Below, piece by piece: positions 8,513 through 17,987 of a stretch of DNA of 55,280 bases. Location of the stretch: positions 1 to 55,280 of the IMG/VR virus record IMGVR_UViG_3300025687_000004; one strand, given 5' to 3'. The DNA is from a virus (lineage: Duplodnaviria > Caudoviricetes). The notes beneath the pieces were generated by a model that worked only from the letters and a program-made list of their open reading frames with translations, was not told the DNA's origin and made no database searches. Position 1 is the stretch's first letter, and each line of letters starts with the position of its first letter. The position numbers and the translations under genes were made by a program.

Positions 8513-10834
8513 ATGAATATCAATACTGATTATATCACACCTTTAGAAGACTTAGAAGATGGTTCAACAGTTTATCAAATAGGTGAGCCTGAACCTGAGC
8601 AAAATAACAATGAAGAATTTTATGCTAATCTTGCAGACGATTTAGAAGAGAGTAACAGAAATAAATTATCTAGTTATCTTCTTAATTTAATTGAAGAAGA
8701 TATGGAAGCTCGCAAGGACTGGTTAGAATCAGTACATACAGTCAAGGAGTATTTGGGCTTTTCTTTAGAAGATATAGATGGTGCTCAATTTTCTCAAAGT
8801 ACGAGAACTTTTGATACCACTCTATCTACTGCTCTTATTAGGTTTTATTCTACTACAAGAGCAGAATTGTTGCCACAATCTGGGCCAGCCGGTTACGTAA
8901 TCAAAGGCGAGACAAACGAGTTTTTAGAAAAAAAAGGCGATTTAATACGTAACTGGCTGAATTACTTTCTAACAGTTAAAGATGATTCCTACTACTCAGA
9001 TTTTGAGCGTTTTCTGCTTTATCTAGGCTTGTATGGCAGCGGTTTTAAAAAAGTTTATTACGATAAACTAGCTAATCAGCCAGTAAGCCGTTTTATCATG
9101 CCCGAGGATTTTGTTATTGATGGCGATTGTACTTCCATTTTAGAGTCAGAGCGACTTACTCATATATTACGTCTTTCAAAAAGAGAAATATTATTAAGGC
9201 AAAAAAGCGGAGTATATAGAGATTGTAAACTACCTTATTTAAAAAATGTTGCCTCGGATAGTAGCGATGAAGGCGAAGAAAATAATAAAAAAAGAGATGG
9301 TATAGACTTAAATGTATATACTCAACAATCTTTATTTCCAATTTATGAAATTCATACTTACTTAAACTTAGATCATTTTATTAAAAATAACAGTGAAGAG
9401 TACGATGATGAAGTGCCACTACCTTATGTTATTACTATAGATAAAATTTCAAAAGAAATACTAGCTATTCGGCGCAACTGGGAGGAAGATGATCAGGATA
9501 AAAAGCGCACTAATTATTTTGTTCAGTATAATTATCTACCAGGTTTTGGCGTATATGGTATTGGCCTTGCTCATCTACTTGGCTCAAATGCTATTACTCT
9601 TACTAAATTGCTGCGCCAACTAGTTGATGCTGGTACTTTTAAAAATCTTCCTGGCGGATTGCGTACTAAAGGTTTTAAACAACAAAACAATGATTTAATT
9701 GTTGGTCCAGGTCAGTTTGTAGAAGTTGACACTGGCGGAGTTCCTTTATCAGAGGCTTTAATGCCATTGCCATATTCCGAACCTTCTCAAACTTTACGAG
9801 AACTTCGACTTGAAATAGTTGATCAGTGCAGAGAGCTTGGCTCTACCTCAGAACTTGGCATGCTAGATTCTAAAGAAGATATACCAACCGGCACAATGCT
9901 GGCTGCGCTTGAGAATAATAATCGTATTCAATCAGCGGTACTTAGATCAATTCACCATTCTTTTAGCTATGAACTCCAGCTTATAGAAAAGTTATTTAAA
10001 AACACTTTAGAATACGAGGAATTTACTTCGGGCGAAGGAAACAACTCCATTTCTCAAGAGGATTTTATTGACGAGGTAAAAATTATTCCCGTTTCTGATC
10101 CAGCTTCTAATTCTCGTATTCAAAAAATACTTAAAGCTCAAGAAGTTTTAAGAACAGCAGAACGAGCTCCAGAAATGCATAACATGATGGAAGTATTGAA
10201 AATTAATTATCAAGCACAAGGTTTAACAGATGAAGAAATAGACAAAATACTACCTTCTCAAGAAACAGAGAAAGTATTGCCGTTAGACCCAATCACTGAA
10301 AACATAAATATTTTATCTGGTAAAGGAGTTGCTGCTGCCATGTGGCAAGATCACGCTGCTCACAAAATGGTACATGGAGCGTTTGCCCAGCAACATCCAG
10401 AATTACAAGCTGAAATCATGGCTCATATCACAGAGCATGAAGCATATGAATATTTAATCAAAATGCAGCAAATTATCGGGCAAGAATTACCTTCCTTGGA
10501 GGAAATACAAAATCCTGAAATACAAAATGCAATCGCTTTAGCATCTGCTCAAGGTTTAGAAGAGTCAGGAGAGTTTGAACAAAACGAGCAACGACCAATA
10601 GACCCTAATGAACTAATTTTAGCTGATATTAAACAAAAAGAAGAGGAGGTAAAAGCCAAAGAGCGTATGTCCGATAAAAAGCTAGAATTTGACATTTTCA
10701 AAACTCAATTAGAGTTCGAAAAAGAAAAAGCAAAAATTGAATCTAGCGAAGATATAGCAAAACTTAAGTCTGAGACCGAGCTTGAAAAAGCCAATACTGC
10801 ACTTGAGAAAGAAGAATTAATTAAATCATCATAA
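8513..10834 (+). CDS. Portal protein
   Basis: Position after terL; FYANLA, GSGFKKVYYD, PYVITID, FVQYNYLPGFGVYGIGL, LPYSEPS motifs; C-terminal coiled coil. Confidence 0.88.
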   Translation: MNINTDYITPLEDLEDGSTVYQIGEPEPEQNNNEEFYANLADDLEESNRNKLSSYLLNLIEEDMEARKDWLESVHTVKEYLGFSLEDIDGAQFSQSTRTFDTTLSTALIRFYSTTRAELLPQSGPAGYVIKGETNEFLEKKGDLIRNWLNYFLTVKDDSYYSDFERFLLYLGLYGSGFKKVYYDKLANQPVSRFIMPEDFVIDGDCTSILESERLTHILRLSKREILLRQKSGVYRDCKLPYLKNVASDSSDEGEENNKKRDGIDLNVYTQQSLFPIYEIHTYLNLDHFIKNNSEEYDDEVPLPYVITIDKISKEILAIRRNWEEDDQDKKRTNYFVQYNYLPGFGVYGIGLAHLLGSNAITLTKLLRQLVDAGTFKNLPGGLRTKGFKQQNNDLIVGPGQFVEVDTGGVPLSEALMPLPYSEPSQTLRELRLEIVDQCRELGSTSELGMLDSKEDIPTGTMLAALENNNRIQSAVLRSIHHSFSYELQLIEKLFKNTLEYEEFTSGEGNNSISQEDFIDEVKIIPVSDPASNSRIQKILKAQEVLRTAERAPEMHNMMEVLKINYQAQGLTDEEIDKILPSQETEKVLPLDPITENINILSGKGVAAAMWQDHAAHKMVHGAFAQQHPELQAEIMAHITEHEAYEYLIKMQQIIGQELPSLEEIQNPEIQNAIALASAQGLEESGEFEQNEQRPIDPNELILADIKQKEEEVKAKERMSDKKLEFDIFKTQLEFEKEKAKIESSEDIAKLKSETELEKANTALEKEELIKSS

Positions 10835-10847
10835 TTACGAGGTAACG

Positions 10848-11198
10848 ATGAATAGAAATAGAAATTTAAGAGCTGGTTATCAAAACAAGCCTGATGCAAT
10901 GAGAGAATTGGCAGATAAACTGATGAATCATCCAGGTACAGCAAAAGATGTTAATATGTCGCCGTTTGCAGCGGAGCAAGAAAGAATGAGAATGTATAAA
11001 TCTGGCGGTAGTGTCAAAAAGAAGGCAGGTGGTTCCGTTAAGAAAAAAAGCTGTGGCCATACAGATAAATCTTCTCACAAATCAACAACCAAGAAATTTG
11101 CAGCGGGCGGAGTAGCAAAAATTAGGCATAAGCAAGCTACAAAAAGTGGCGCACCTTTACCTTCATCAAGACTAAAAAAGGGATGTAGAGGCGTATGA
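10848..11198 (+). CDS. Small basic protein with repeated xxGGxV motifs
   Basis: YKSGGSV, KKAGGSV, FAAGGVA; GAGG SD. Confidence 0.7.
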   Translation: MNRNRNLRAGYQNKPDAMRELADKLMNHPGTAKDVNMSPFAAEQERMRMYKSGGSVKKKAGGSVKKKSCGHTDKSSHKSTTKKFAAGGVAKIRHKQATKSGAPLPSSRLKKGCRGV

Positions 11199-11389
11199 CT
11201 TTATACGAACGCCTAATGAAAGAGCTTAAAACAGCAAGGACTAACCTTGAAACTACTATAGCTCAAGGGCAAGTTGAAGATTTTCCAAGTTATAAATTCA
11301 AAGCTGGGCAAGTAAATGGACTTGTTGCAGCTATGGATATTTGTAGAACAACTTTTAAAGAGTGTGATGATGAATATATCAGCAATTAA
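11195..11389 (+). CDS. Conserved phage hypothetical protein
   Basis: VEDFPSYKFKAGQVNGL pattern, typically found just before GroES-like genes. Confidence 0.65.
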   Translation: MTLYERLMKELKTARTNLETTIAQGQVEDFPSYKFKAGQVNGLVAAMDICRTTFKECDDEYISN

Positions 11390-11804
11390 AGCAAGTAATA
11401 ATCAAGATATAGGAATAGACCTAAATACTTTTGATGAAAAAGCAAAGCAAGCAGAAATAGCTCGTTTTAAAGATTTAACACCTTCTGGTTGGCAATTATA
11501 CATAAGACTATATGTGCCTCCAGCAAAAACATCAGGTGGTATTTTACTGCCCGATTCTACAAAGGACGAACAAAAATACTTAAATTTTGTTGGTTTAGTA
11601 GTAGCTATGTCAAAAGGTGCTTACAAGGACGATAGATACAAGTTTACAGGTCCATATTGTAAAGTAGGTGATTGGGTTAATTTCCCAAGACATGCAGGTT
11701 ATTTATGGGCATACGATAATATCCCAATGTATGCATTAAATGAAGATGTAATAACGGGCGTTATTGATAATCCTAAGCACAACATTCCATTAATTTCTAA
11801 ATAA
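11367..11804 (+). CDS. groES: GroES-like co-chaperonin
   Basis: PSGWQLYI, KTSGGILLPD, VVAM, CKVGDWV.F.RHAG, LNEDVI. Confidence 0.85.
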   Translation: MMNISAIKASNNQDIGIDLNTFDEKAKQAEIARFKDLTPSGWQLYIRLYVPPAKTSGGILLPDSTKDEQKYLNFVGLVVAMSKGAYKDDRYKFTGPYCKVGDWVNFPRHAGYLWAYDNIPMYALNEDVITGVIDNPKHNIPLISK

Positions 11805-11818
11805 ATAAGGTAATTACA

Positions 11819-12859
11819 ATGAACGCAGAAGAAGCGAATCAAGACGTTTCATCCGCTCATATTGCAGACACGAGCGGAATGAAAGAATTACAAGACGCTA
11901 TGAATAAGATTAATGAGTTAAATGCAAATAACGAATCTGATACACAGCTAGAAGATACAATACAAGAAGAACAGCCTGAAGAGCAAGTAGAAAAAGAAGA
12001 AAGCTTAAGCGAGCAAGAAGATGAAGAAATTATTAGCGATGAAGAAACAGATGAGAATCCTGATTCTGAAACTAAAAAAACTTACGAAACTAAAAAACAA
12101 AAAGAGAAAAAGTTTTGGAAAGAGCGTAGAGAAAAATACAAGGCTCTTGCAGAACGAGATCGCCTAGCATCCGAATTAGAAGAATTAAGAGCGCAGCGTG
12201 ATAAAGCTCTTGAAGTTGGAAATTATCATTACGGGCAAAATGCTTATGCGGATTTAGAAAAAGCTGAATTAATGCATGATAAAGCGATTGAAGAAGGTGA
12301 TGCAAAAGGTTTAAGAGAAGCCAATAAAGCTATTATCAGAGCTACTAATGCTATTGATGAAATAGAAAGGTGGAATTATAACAATCAGCAGAATGCAAAA
12401 GCATCAGAGCAAAATGAGCGGCAAGCTAATATAGCTAATGTACAAAGAGAAATAGCTCAAGATTGGCTGGAATCTAATGATGAAATCAATCCTAGTTCTG
12501 TTAATTACAATCCACAAATGGCTCAAAAAATTAGTGCTTTTATTAATCAACTAGATCGTAGCATCGCTGAAAGTGGCAAATCAGAGTATTACTTTTCTGA
12601 ACCATATTTTGAGGTAATAGATGAACATTTATCAAAATTAAAAAAACAATCTCAAAAAAGCAATACGCCTCCAGCATCTATAAACAATGTGTCTGGCGTT
12701 AAGAAATCTTATCAATCAGGTTCTAGTACAGCCAAAAGCAAGCAAACAATAGTGTTGACCGCTGACGAAAAGCGCATGGCTTCTAATGCTGGCATTACAG
12801 AAGAAGAATGGTTGAAATACAAAATAGATGATTTAAACAAACATAAAAAGAGAGCGTAA
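11819..12859 (+). CDS. Probable capsid scaffolding protein
   Basis: Acidic N-terminus, coiled coil, C-terminal VLTADEKRMA..AGITEEEW. Confidence 0.7.
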   Translation: MNAEEANQDVSSAHIADTSGMKELQDAMNKINELNANNESDTQLEDTIQEEQPEEQVEKEESLSEQEDEEIISDEETDENPDSETKKTYETKKQKEKKFWKERREKYKALAERDRLASELEELRAQRDKALEVGNYHYGQNAYADLEKAELMHDKAIEEGDAKGLREANKAIIRATNAIDEIERWNYNNQQNAKASEQNERQANIANVQREIAQDWLESNDEINPSSVNYNPQMAQKISAFINQLDRSIAESGKSEYYFSEPYFEVIDEHLSKLKKQSQKSNTPPASINNVSGVKKSYQSGSSTAKSKQTIVLTADEKRMASNAGITEEEWLKYKIDDLNKHKKRA

Positions 12860-12862
12860 ATT

Positions 12863-13312
12863 ATGTCAAAAAAACTTAGTAGAGACGAAGAAACAGTGAA
12901 AACTCGAGCATCAGAAACGAGATTGCACGAAATGAGAGATCATTATGATATGGAATATTCTAGTCCTTTGCGTGTGCCAGATAGCTTGAAAAAAGACGGC
13001 TATGTTTACAGGTGGGTAAATACTGGAATCAGAGGACGTGAAAATTATCGTATTGATGAAATGGTGTCAAAAGGTTGGGAACTTGTGTCAAAAGATAGAA
13101 GTTCTGGCATTTGTTTTGACCCGTTGGGAAGAAATCCATTATCAAAGCAATATATTTGCTATAAAGACGTTATACTTATGGAAAGGCCAGAAGCCTTTTC
13201 AGATAGAGAAAGAAGAAACCTACACAAAGCAAACGATGATAAAATAAGATCATTGCGTGGAGTAAGTAATGATATTGGTAGACCTAATACAACTTTAATA
13301 GATAGTTTTTAA
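12863..13312 (+). CDS. Conserved head-region protein
   Basis: GYVYRWV...KGWELV...ILMERPE pattern between scaffold and capsid genes. Confidence 0.65.
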   Translation: MSKKLSRDEETVKTRASETRLHEMRDHYDMEYSSPLRVPDSLKKDGYVYRWVNTGIRGRENYRIDEMVSKGWELVSKDRSSGICFDPLGRNPLSKQYICYKDVILMERPEAFSDRERRNLHKANDDKIRSLRGVSNDIGRPNTTLIDSF

Positions 13313-13313
13313 C

Positions 13314-14444
13314 ATGGCAATTGTACCTTCAGAATCTAGTTATCAAAAGATTGAATTAACGCAAAATATTAATTTATATTTGCCTTTTTTTACACCAACC
13401 GGTGAATTAACCATTACCGACATTATGGATGTAGAGCCAGATCAAGATGGTTGGCAAATTACCTTGCCTAATGCAACTGAAACACAACCAGGTGCTAATT
13501 TTATAATAAATAACATAAGCGTTTATTCTTTTTCGCTTATGTTGAATGATGGCGTTACCGAATTAATCAATATTGCTGGCGGTGAGGTGAAGTTTATTAA
13601 TCTTACTAATAATTCTAATGCTAATGGAATTTGGTCAGTAACTCCATTTGGAGGTGGGCAAGCTGCTGTTGCTGCATTAAACGCTACAAGTTCTAATGGC
13701 ACAATAAATATTGTTAATGGTGAAATTGTTCCACCTGGTGGAGATATTGACTTTACTTTAGGTGAGTTTTTGACAAACTTTCAGAGCCAAAGTATTTCAG
13801 ATGGCTTTCCTGTGATTTCTGATATTCAAGATTTTTCATTTTCAGTTAGAACTTTAAATGCTGGTTCTAATATTATTATTGATAATCAGGATGGCAAAGC
13901 TGGAAACCCAACAATTAGTTTAAATAACTCAATAGAAAATTTGTCCTCTGTACAAGTAGGCAGTCTTACTCTTAGTGGCTTAACAATAAGCACCAACGAG
14001 AATAGCGATATTTTTATTCAAACTACTGGTACTGGTAATACTGTAATTAACGGGGTTACGATTGATTCTAATAATAACGTTTCAGAAATTAATGATTTAA
14101 GTATAAATGGTAACTTTAGCAGTCCTTTTATACCTTCGGCATGGTGCGTGTTTACTGATACTATTACTGGCAGCAATAATACGATTGTGAATGAAAATTC
14201 TGCAAATGTGGCAAATATTACAGGGAGCAATGGAAATTATGTGATTGAATTTATAAACCCAATGCCATCAATAAATTATGCAGTAGTAATTACAACAGGT
14301 AGTAATGGCAGCGCATTACCACCACCAATATATCATGCATTTTTTACTGTAAGAAATTTAAACTCAGTTACTATAGCGGTACTAGATGCAAGCGGTGAAT
14401 TTGTACAAAGTATGCCAGATGGTGTTAGCGTAATTGTAATTTGA
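13314..14444 (+). CDS. Virion fibre/beta-rich structural protein
   Basis: ITLPNA..GANFIINN, DGKAGNPTISL linker, C-terminal AWCVF...GNYVIEF..PMPSINYAV domain. Confidence 0.6.
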   Translation: MAIVPSESSYQKIELTQNINLYLPFFTPTGELTITDIMDVEPDQDGWQITLPNATETQPGANFIINNISVYSFSLMLNDGVTELINIAGGEVKFINLTNNSNANGIWSVTPFGGGQAAVAALNATSSNGTINIVNGEIVPPGGDIDFTLGEFLTNFQSQSISDGFPVISDIQDFSFSVRTLNAGSNIIIDNQDGKAGNPTISLNNSIENLSSVQVGSLTLSGLTISTNENSDIFIQTTGTGNTVINGVTIDSNNNVSEINDLSINGNFSSPFIPSAWCVFTDTITGSNNTIVNENSANVANITGSNGNYVIEFINPMPSINYAVVITTGSNGSALPPPIYHAFFTVRNLNSVTIAVLDASGEFVQSMPDGVSVIVI

Positions 14445-14462
14445 TTATTTAATGCTAAAAAA

Positions 14463-14473
14463 TATGTTATAAT
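14463..14473 (+). promoter_or_regulatory. Extended -10 promoter of the capsid operon
   Basis: TATGTTATAAT. Confidence 0.65.
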
Positions 14474-14517
14474 GTATTTGTGGTAGTTGTTTTAACTTAT
14501 CATGATTCTTTCAAGGT

Positions 14518-14737
14518 TGGCTACAATTTTTGTTTCAAAGGTTGTAGCCATAAGTTCTACGAACTTTCAAATCGTATATTAGGTTTTTCTTTTGCCCCTT
14601 AAAAAGAAGCGTCAGACGAGACATAAAAACGTTGAATTTGGTTTTTAAAATCTCTCCATTAAAGATTTCTTCGTATAGCGGTTCTACGAACCCTTTAAAA
14701 TCGTATTTTTGGTTTCGAACACTCTCCTTAAAGATTC
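14518..14737 (+). ncRNA. Structured leader: ~15-bp hairpin plus three tandem pseudoknot-like units
   Basis: Hairpin 14518-14550; units near 14552, 14611 and 14680 share architecture with the unit at 24669. Confidence 0.6.
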
Positions 14738-14779
14738 ACAATATTTTTATTTAATAATTTTTATAATACGAGGAATATT

Positions 14780-15613
14780 ATGGCGTATGGCGTAAATGCT
14801 CCTTTTGGTTTAAGACCTATTTCATCTATAAACGGAGGTTCTTGGACCGAAAAGACAAATGAATATTTTATATATGCTGATGCTACTGGTACTACTACCT
14901 ATGAAATAAGTATATTTAATGGTGATCCGGTAGTATTTAATCCAACCAATGCTCAGGCAGGAACGATAGCTCGTTATCTACCAAATTATACAGATGGTAC
15001 ACCTTCTACATTCTCAGCATTACCAATCGTTGGTGTTTTTCAAAGCTGTGAATACATTAACACTACAGGTAATTTAGTATTGTCTCCCTATTGGCCAGCT
15101 AATACGCAGGTACAAGCAGGAAGCAAAATTAAAGCCTATGTACTAGATGATCCAAGCACTATTTTTGATGTGCAGGTTTCAACTTCTACAAACGCTAATG
15201 GTAATGCATTTGTATCAGATCCAGTGTTTCCAAATACTAATGGAGAAGCTAATCTAAATGGCTCTTTTGGTAGTAATTTTGCATTAAATATTGGTGGAGG
15301 TACAAACTTTGACACTGTGCAAGTAGGCGGTGTTGCTAATATTTATGCTAATAACCCAGCGGGTGGTGACACAAGAACTGGACAATCTGGTTTTTATCTT
15401 GATGTACAAACTAATACAGGCGGGGATGCAACGCACGATTACAACAAAACTACTGCAACTTTACCTTTAAAAGCTATTGGCTTTACTTTGAGTCCTAAAA
15501 ACAAGCCACGTTTAGTGGGGCAAACTATGGAAACTACTCCATTCTTAAATGTAAGAGTTTTAATTAATAACCACTATTACAAAGCTGGTACTCCAGGTAC
15601 TACACTTGCATAA
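14780..15613 (+). CDS. Head decoration/minor capsid protein
   Basis: NAPFGLRP...IFNGDPV...IVGVF...DDP..F; immediately upstream of the MCP; GAGG SD. Confidence 0.7.
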   Translation: MAYGVNAPFGLRPISSINGGSWTEKTNEYFIYADATGTTTYEISIFNGDPVVFNPTNAQAGTIARYLPNYTDGTPSTFSALPIVGVFQSCEYINTTGNLVLSPYWPANTQVQAGSKIKAYVLDDPSTIFDVQVSTSTNANGNAFVSDPVFPNTNGEANLNGSFGSNFALNIGGGTNFDTVQVGGVANIYANNPAGGDTRTGQSGFYLDVQTNTGGDATHDYNKTTATLPLKAIGFTLSPKNKPRLVGQTMETTPFLNVRVLINNHYYKAGTPGTTLA

Positions 15614-15636
15614 ATAATTTAAGAGGTAAATAAACA

Positions 15637-16536
15637 ATGATTAATACCGGTCAAATTGCCGAATTGCTGCGCCCAGGATTAAAAGCAGTATTTGGTGAAT
15701 ATCCAACATATCCTGAACAATGGACTGAAATATTTAAAACATATAAGTCTGATAAATACCAAGAGATTGATGTAGAGATGAAATATCTTGGTGCTGCTGA
15801 TATCAAGCCAGAAGGTCAGCCTATTGCGTCTGATAGTATGGGGCAAAGAGTGATTACTAACTACATTCATAAAAGTGTAGGGCTGTCTTTTACTATTACA
15901 AAAGAAGCAGTAGAAGATAATTTGTATCAAACTCAGTTTCCACAACAAGCGGTATCTCTTAGAAACTCATTAAGGGTTACTAAAAACATACTTGGAGCTA
16001 ATATATTAAATAATGCATTTAATCCAGCATATCCTATTGGAGATGGTCAATCAGTATGTTCTACTAGTCACCCAATTGACGGAGGAGTATTTTCAAATCG
16101 TCTTGGGGATGATGCTGACTTTAGTGAGGCAGCAGTAGAGCGAGCAATTATAGATATACAAAAGTTTCCAATGCAATCAGGAATACTTGCTCAAACAATG
16201 GCTAAAAAATTGATTGTTCCTAGGGAATTACAATTTGAAGCATCAGTATTGCTAAATAGTCAGTTTAGAACTGGCACAGCGGACAACGATATTAACGCTA
16301 TATATCACAATGATTATATGCCAGATGGATATAGAGTAAATCAATATCTAACTGACCCAGCTGCTTGGTTTATTATTACTGATGCACCTGATGGAATGAA
16401 GCATTTCCAAAGAACTCCAGTACAAACTGATACGTATGTTGATTATCCAACTGACAACGTTATGGCTAAAGCGTCAGAGCGTTATTCTTTTGGTGTGTCA
16501 AATCCACGTGGGATTTTTGGTTCTGCTGGTGTTTAA
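15637..16536 (+). CDS. Major capsid protein
   Basis: ELLRPGLKAVFG, FTITKEAVEDNLY, KKLIVP, YLTDPAAWFI, ERYSFG. Confidence 0.9.
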   Translation: MINTGQIAELLRPGLKAVFGEYPTYPEQWTEIFKTYKSDKYQEIDVEMKYLGAADIKPEGQPIASDSMGQRVITNYIHKSVGLSFTITKEAVEDNLYQTQFPQQAVSLRNSLRVTKNILGANILNNAFNPAYPIGDGQSVCSTSHPIDGGVFSNRLGDDADFSEAAVERAIIDIQKFPMQSGILAQTMAKKLIVPRELQFEASVLLNSQFRTGTADNDINAIYHNDYMPDGYRVNQYLTDPAAWFIITDAPDGMKHFQRTPVQTDTYVDYPTDNVMAKASERYSFGVSNPRGIFGSAGV

Positions 16537-16590
16537 ACATTAAGCAATTATTTGCTTAAATTTATTATTAATTCAAGAGCGTTTATAATT

Positions 16591-17637
16591 ATGGACAATA
16601 CTTCTGGCACTTACAATTTTCAATCAGTTGAAGTAGAATTGTTAATTAGAGACGCTTTTGAACAGATAGGTGTATTGCCTGAATTTATCACTCCGCAAAA
16701 ATTAGAATCCGCAAGACGAAGCATTAATTTAATGCTTTTAGAATGGATGAATAAAACCACTAACCTATGGACTATTCAAAGTGAATTTTTATCTTTAAAT
16801 GAATTTCAGATCAAATATTCGTTAGAAAAATACGTACTGGATATTACTGAATTAAATTTAAGAACTTCTAATAGAGAGTTATCTGGAAATCCAGAGTCAA
16901 GCAATGGCGGAATAGCTTCAAATGCTTTTGATGGAAATAACGCTACAGCTTGCACTCAAAATGCACCTGATGGAAAAATTTCATATGATTATGGGGTAGG
17001 TAATACTCGAAAAATTACTTTTGTAGGTGTTACATCTAATAATAAAACAGAATACTCTCTCGTCATAGAATACTCTTTAAATAATGCAGATCCATGGGAA
17101 ATTTTAAAAACTATTCCTAAACAATTATATAAAAAAGGCAAGTTAGTTTGGTTTGATATAACAGCCCCAGTAAATGCACGAGCATATCGAATACGAGAAA
17201 CTGACGGAGCAATTTTAGATATTCAAGAGATATATTTTAATAATAATGTTTTAGATACTGTAATTAGCAGCGTTAGTAGAGATGAATATTTACAAATGCC
17301 TCAAAAAAATATTACAGGAAGGCCATCTATTTTTTATTTTGATCGTACAATTACCCCATCTTTGTACATCTGGCCAGCACCAACCCAATATTATAATGCA
17401 ATTGATTATTCTTATAAGAAGGCAATGCAAGATGTGGGTTTATATACCAACACTTTAGAAATACCAGCAAGATTTTATCCGGCTCTAGTAGCAGGACTTA
17501 GTTTTAAATTAGCATTAAAATTTAACAATCAAATTGCTGAAATGCTAAATCAAGAATACCAAAATATATTTAATCTTGCGACCATAGAAGACAGCGAAGA
17601 CGTTATTTTTAGCATAAATCAAGGATGGTCTTCATGA
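16591..17637 (+). CDS. Head-tail connector-like virion protein with inserted discoidin/F5-8-like domain
   Basis: TSGTYNF...DAFEQIG...ARRSINL...NLWTI and GRPS..Y...WPAP flanking an ASNAFDGN...RAYRIR insert. Confidence 0.65.
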   Translation: MDNTSGTYNFQSVEVELLIRDAFEQIGVLPEFITPQKLESARRSINLMLLEWMNKTTNLWTIQSEFLSLNEFQIKYSLEKYVLDITELNLRTSNRELSGNPESSNGGIASNAFDGNNATACTQNAPDGKISYDYGVGNTRKITFVGVTSNNKTEYSLVIEYSLNNADPWEILKTIPKQLYKKGKLVWFDITAPVNARAYRIRETDGAILDIQEIYFNNNVLDTVISSVSRDEYLQMPQKNITGRPSIFYFDRTITPSLYIWPAPTQYYNAIDYSYKKAMQDVGLYTNTLEIPARFYPALVAGLSFKLALKFNNQIAEMLNQEYQNIFNLATIEDSEDVIFSINQGWSS

Positions 17638-17972
17638 GTTGGATACAAAGATGGAAAAGTAAATACGTAAAAGTAAATCCAAAAAACCCTAATGGACTTG
17701 GCGTATGCGATCGCAGTGGTTTTGTTTTTAATCATAAAGATTTAGTAAAACAAATGGAGTGGAGAGGGAATAATCTAGTGTGGACTGGACTTATGGTTGG
17801 CCCTCCTTTTTTAGATAAACCTTCAGAGCAAAACAGACCGCCTATTGTAAAAGACGATCCCAAAACTCTTAAAAATCCTAGATTGCCAAAGGATTATATT
17901 TCACCTGATAGCAATCCTGCACCTAATAACAAAGAGCTTACTTTTAAATTAAATAAAGTAAGGTGGAATTAA
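17634..17972 (+). CDS. Conserved phage protein (CDRSGF motif)
   Basis: GVCDRSGF...W.GLMVG...DP..LKNPR. Confidence 0.65.
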   Translation: MSWIQRWKSKYVKVNPKNPNGLGVCDRSGFVFNHKDLVKQMEWRGNNLVWTGLMVGPPFLDKPSEQNRPPIVKDDPKTLKNPRLPKDYISPDSNPAPNNKELTFKLNKVRWN

Positions 17973-17987
17973 AACAGGAGGTCTATT

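Noticed and set aside
14552-14737. CRISPR array or preQ1 riboswitch
   Set aside because: Units are too divergent with no repeat-spacer pattern or cas genes; GGTTC..A-rich tail resembles preQ1-I only superficially and the context is capsid genes, not queuosine genes
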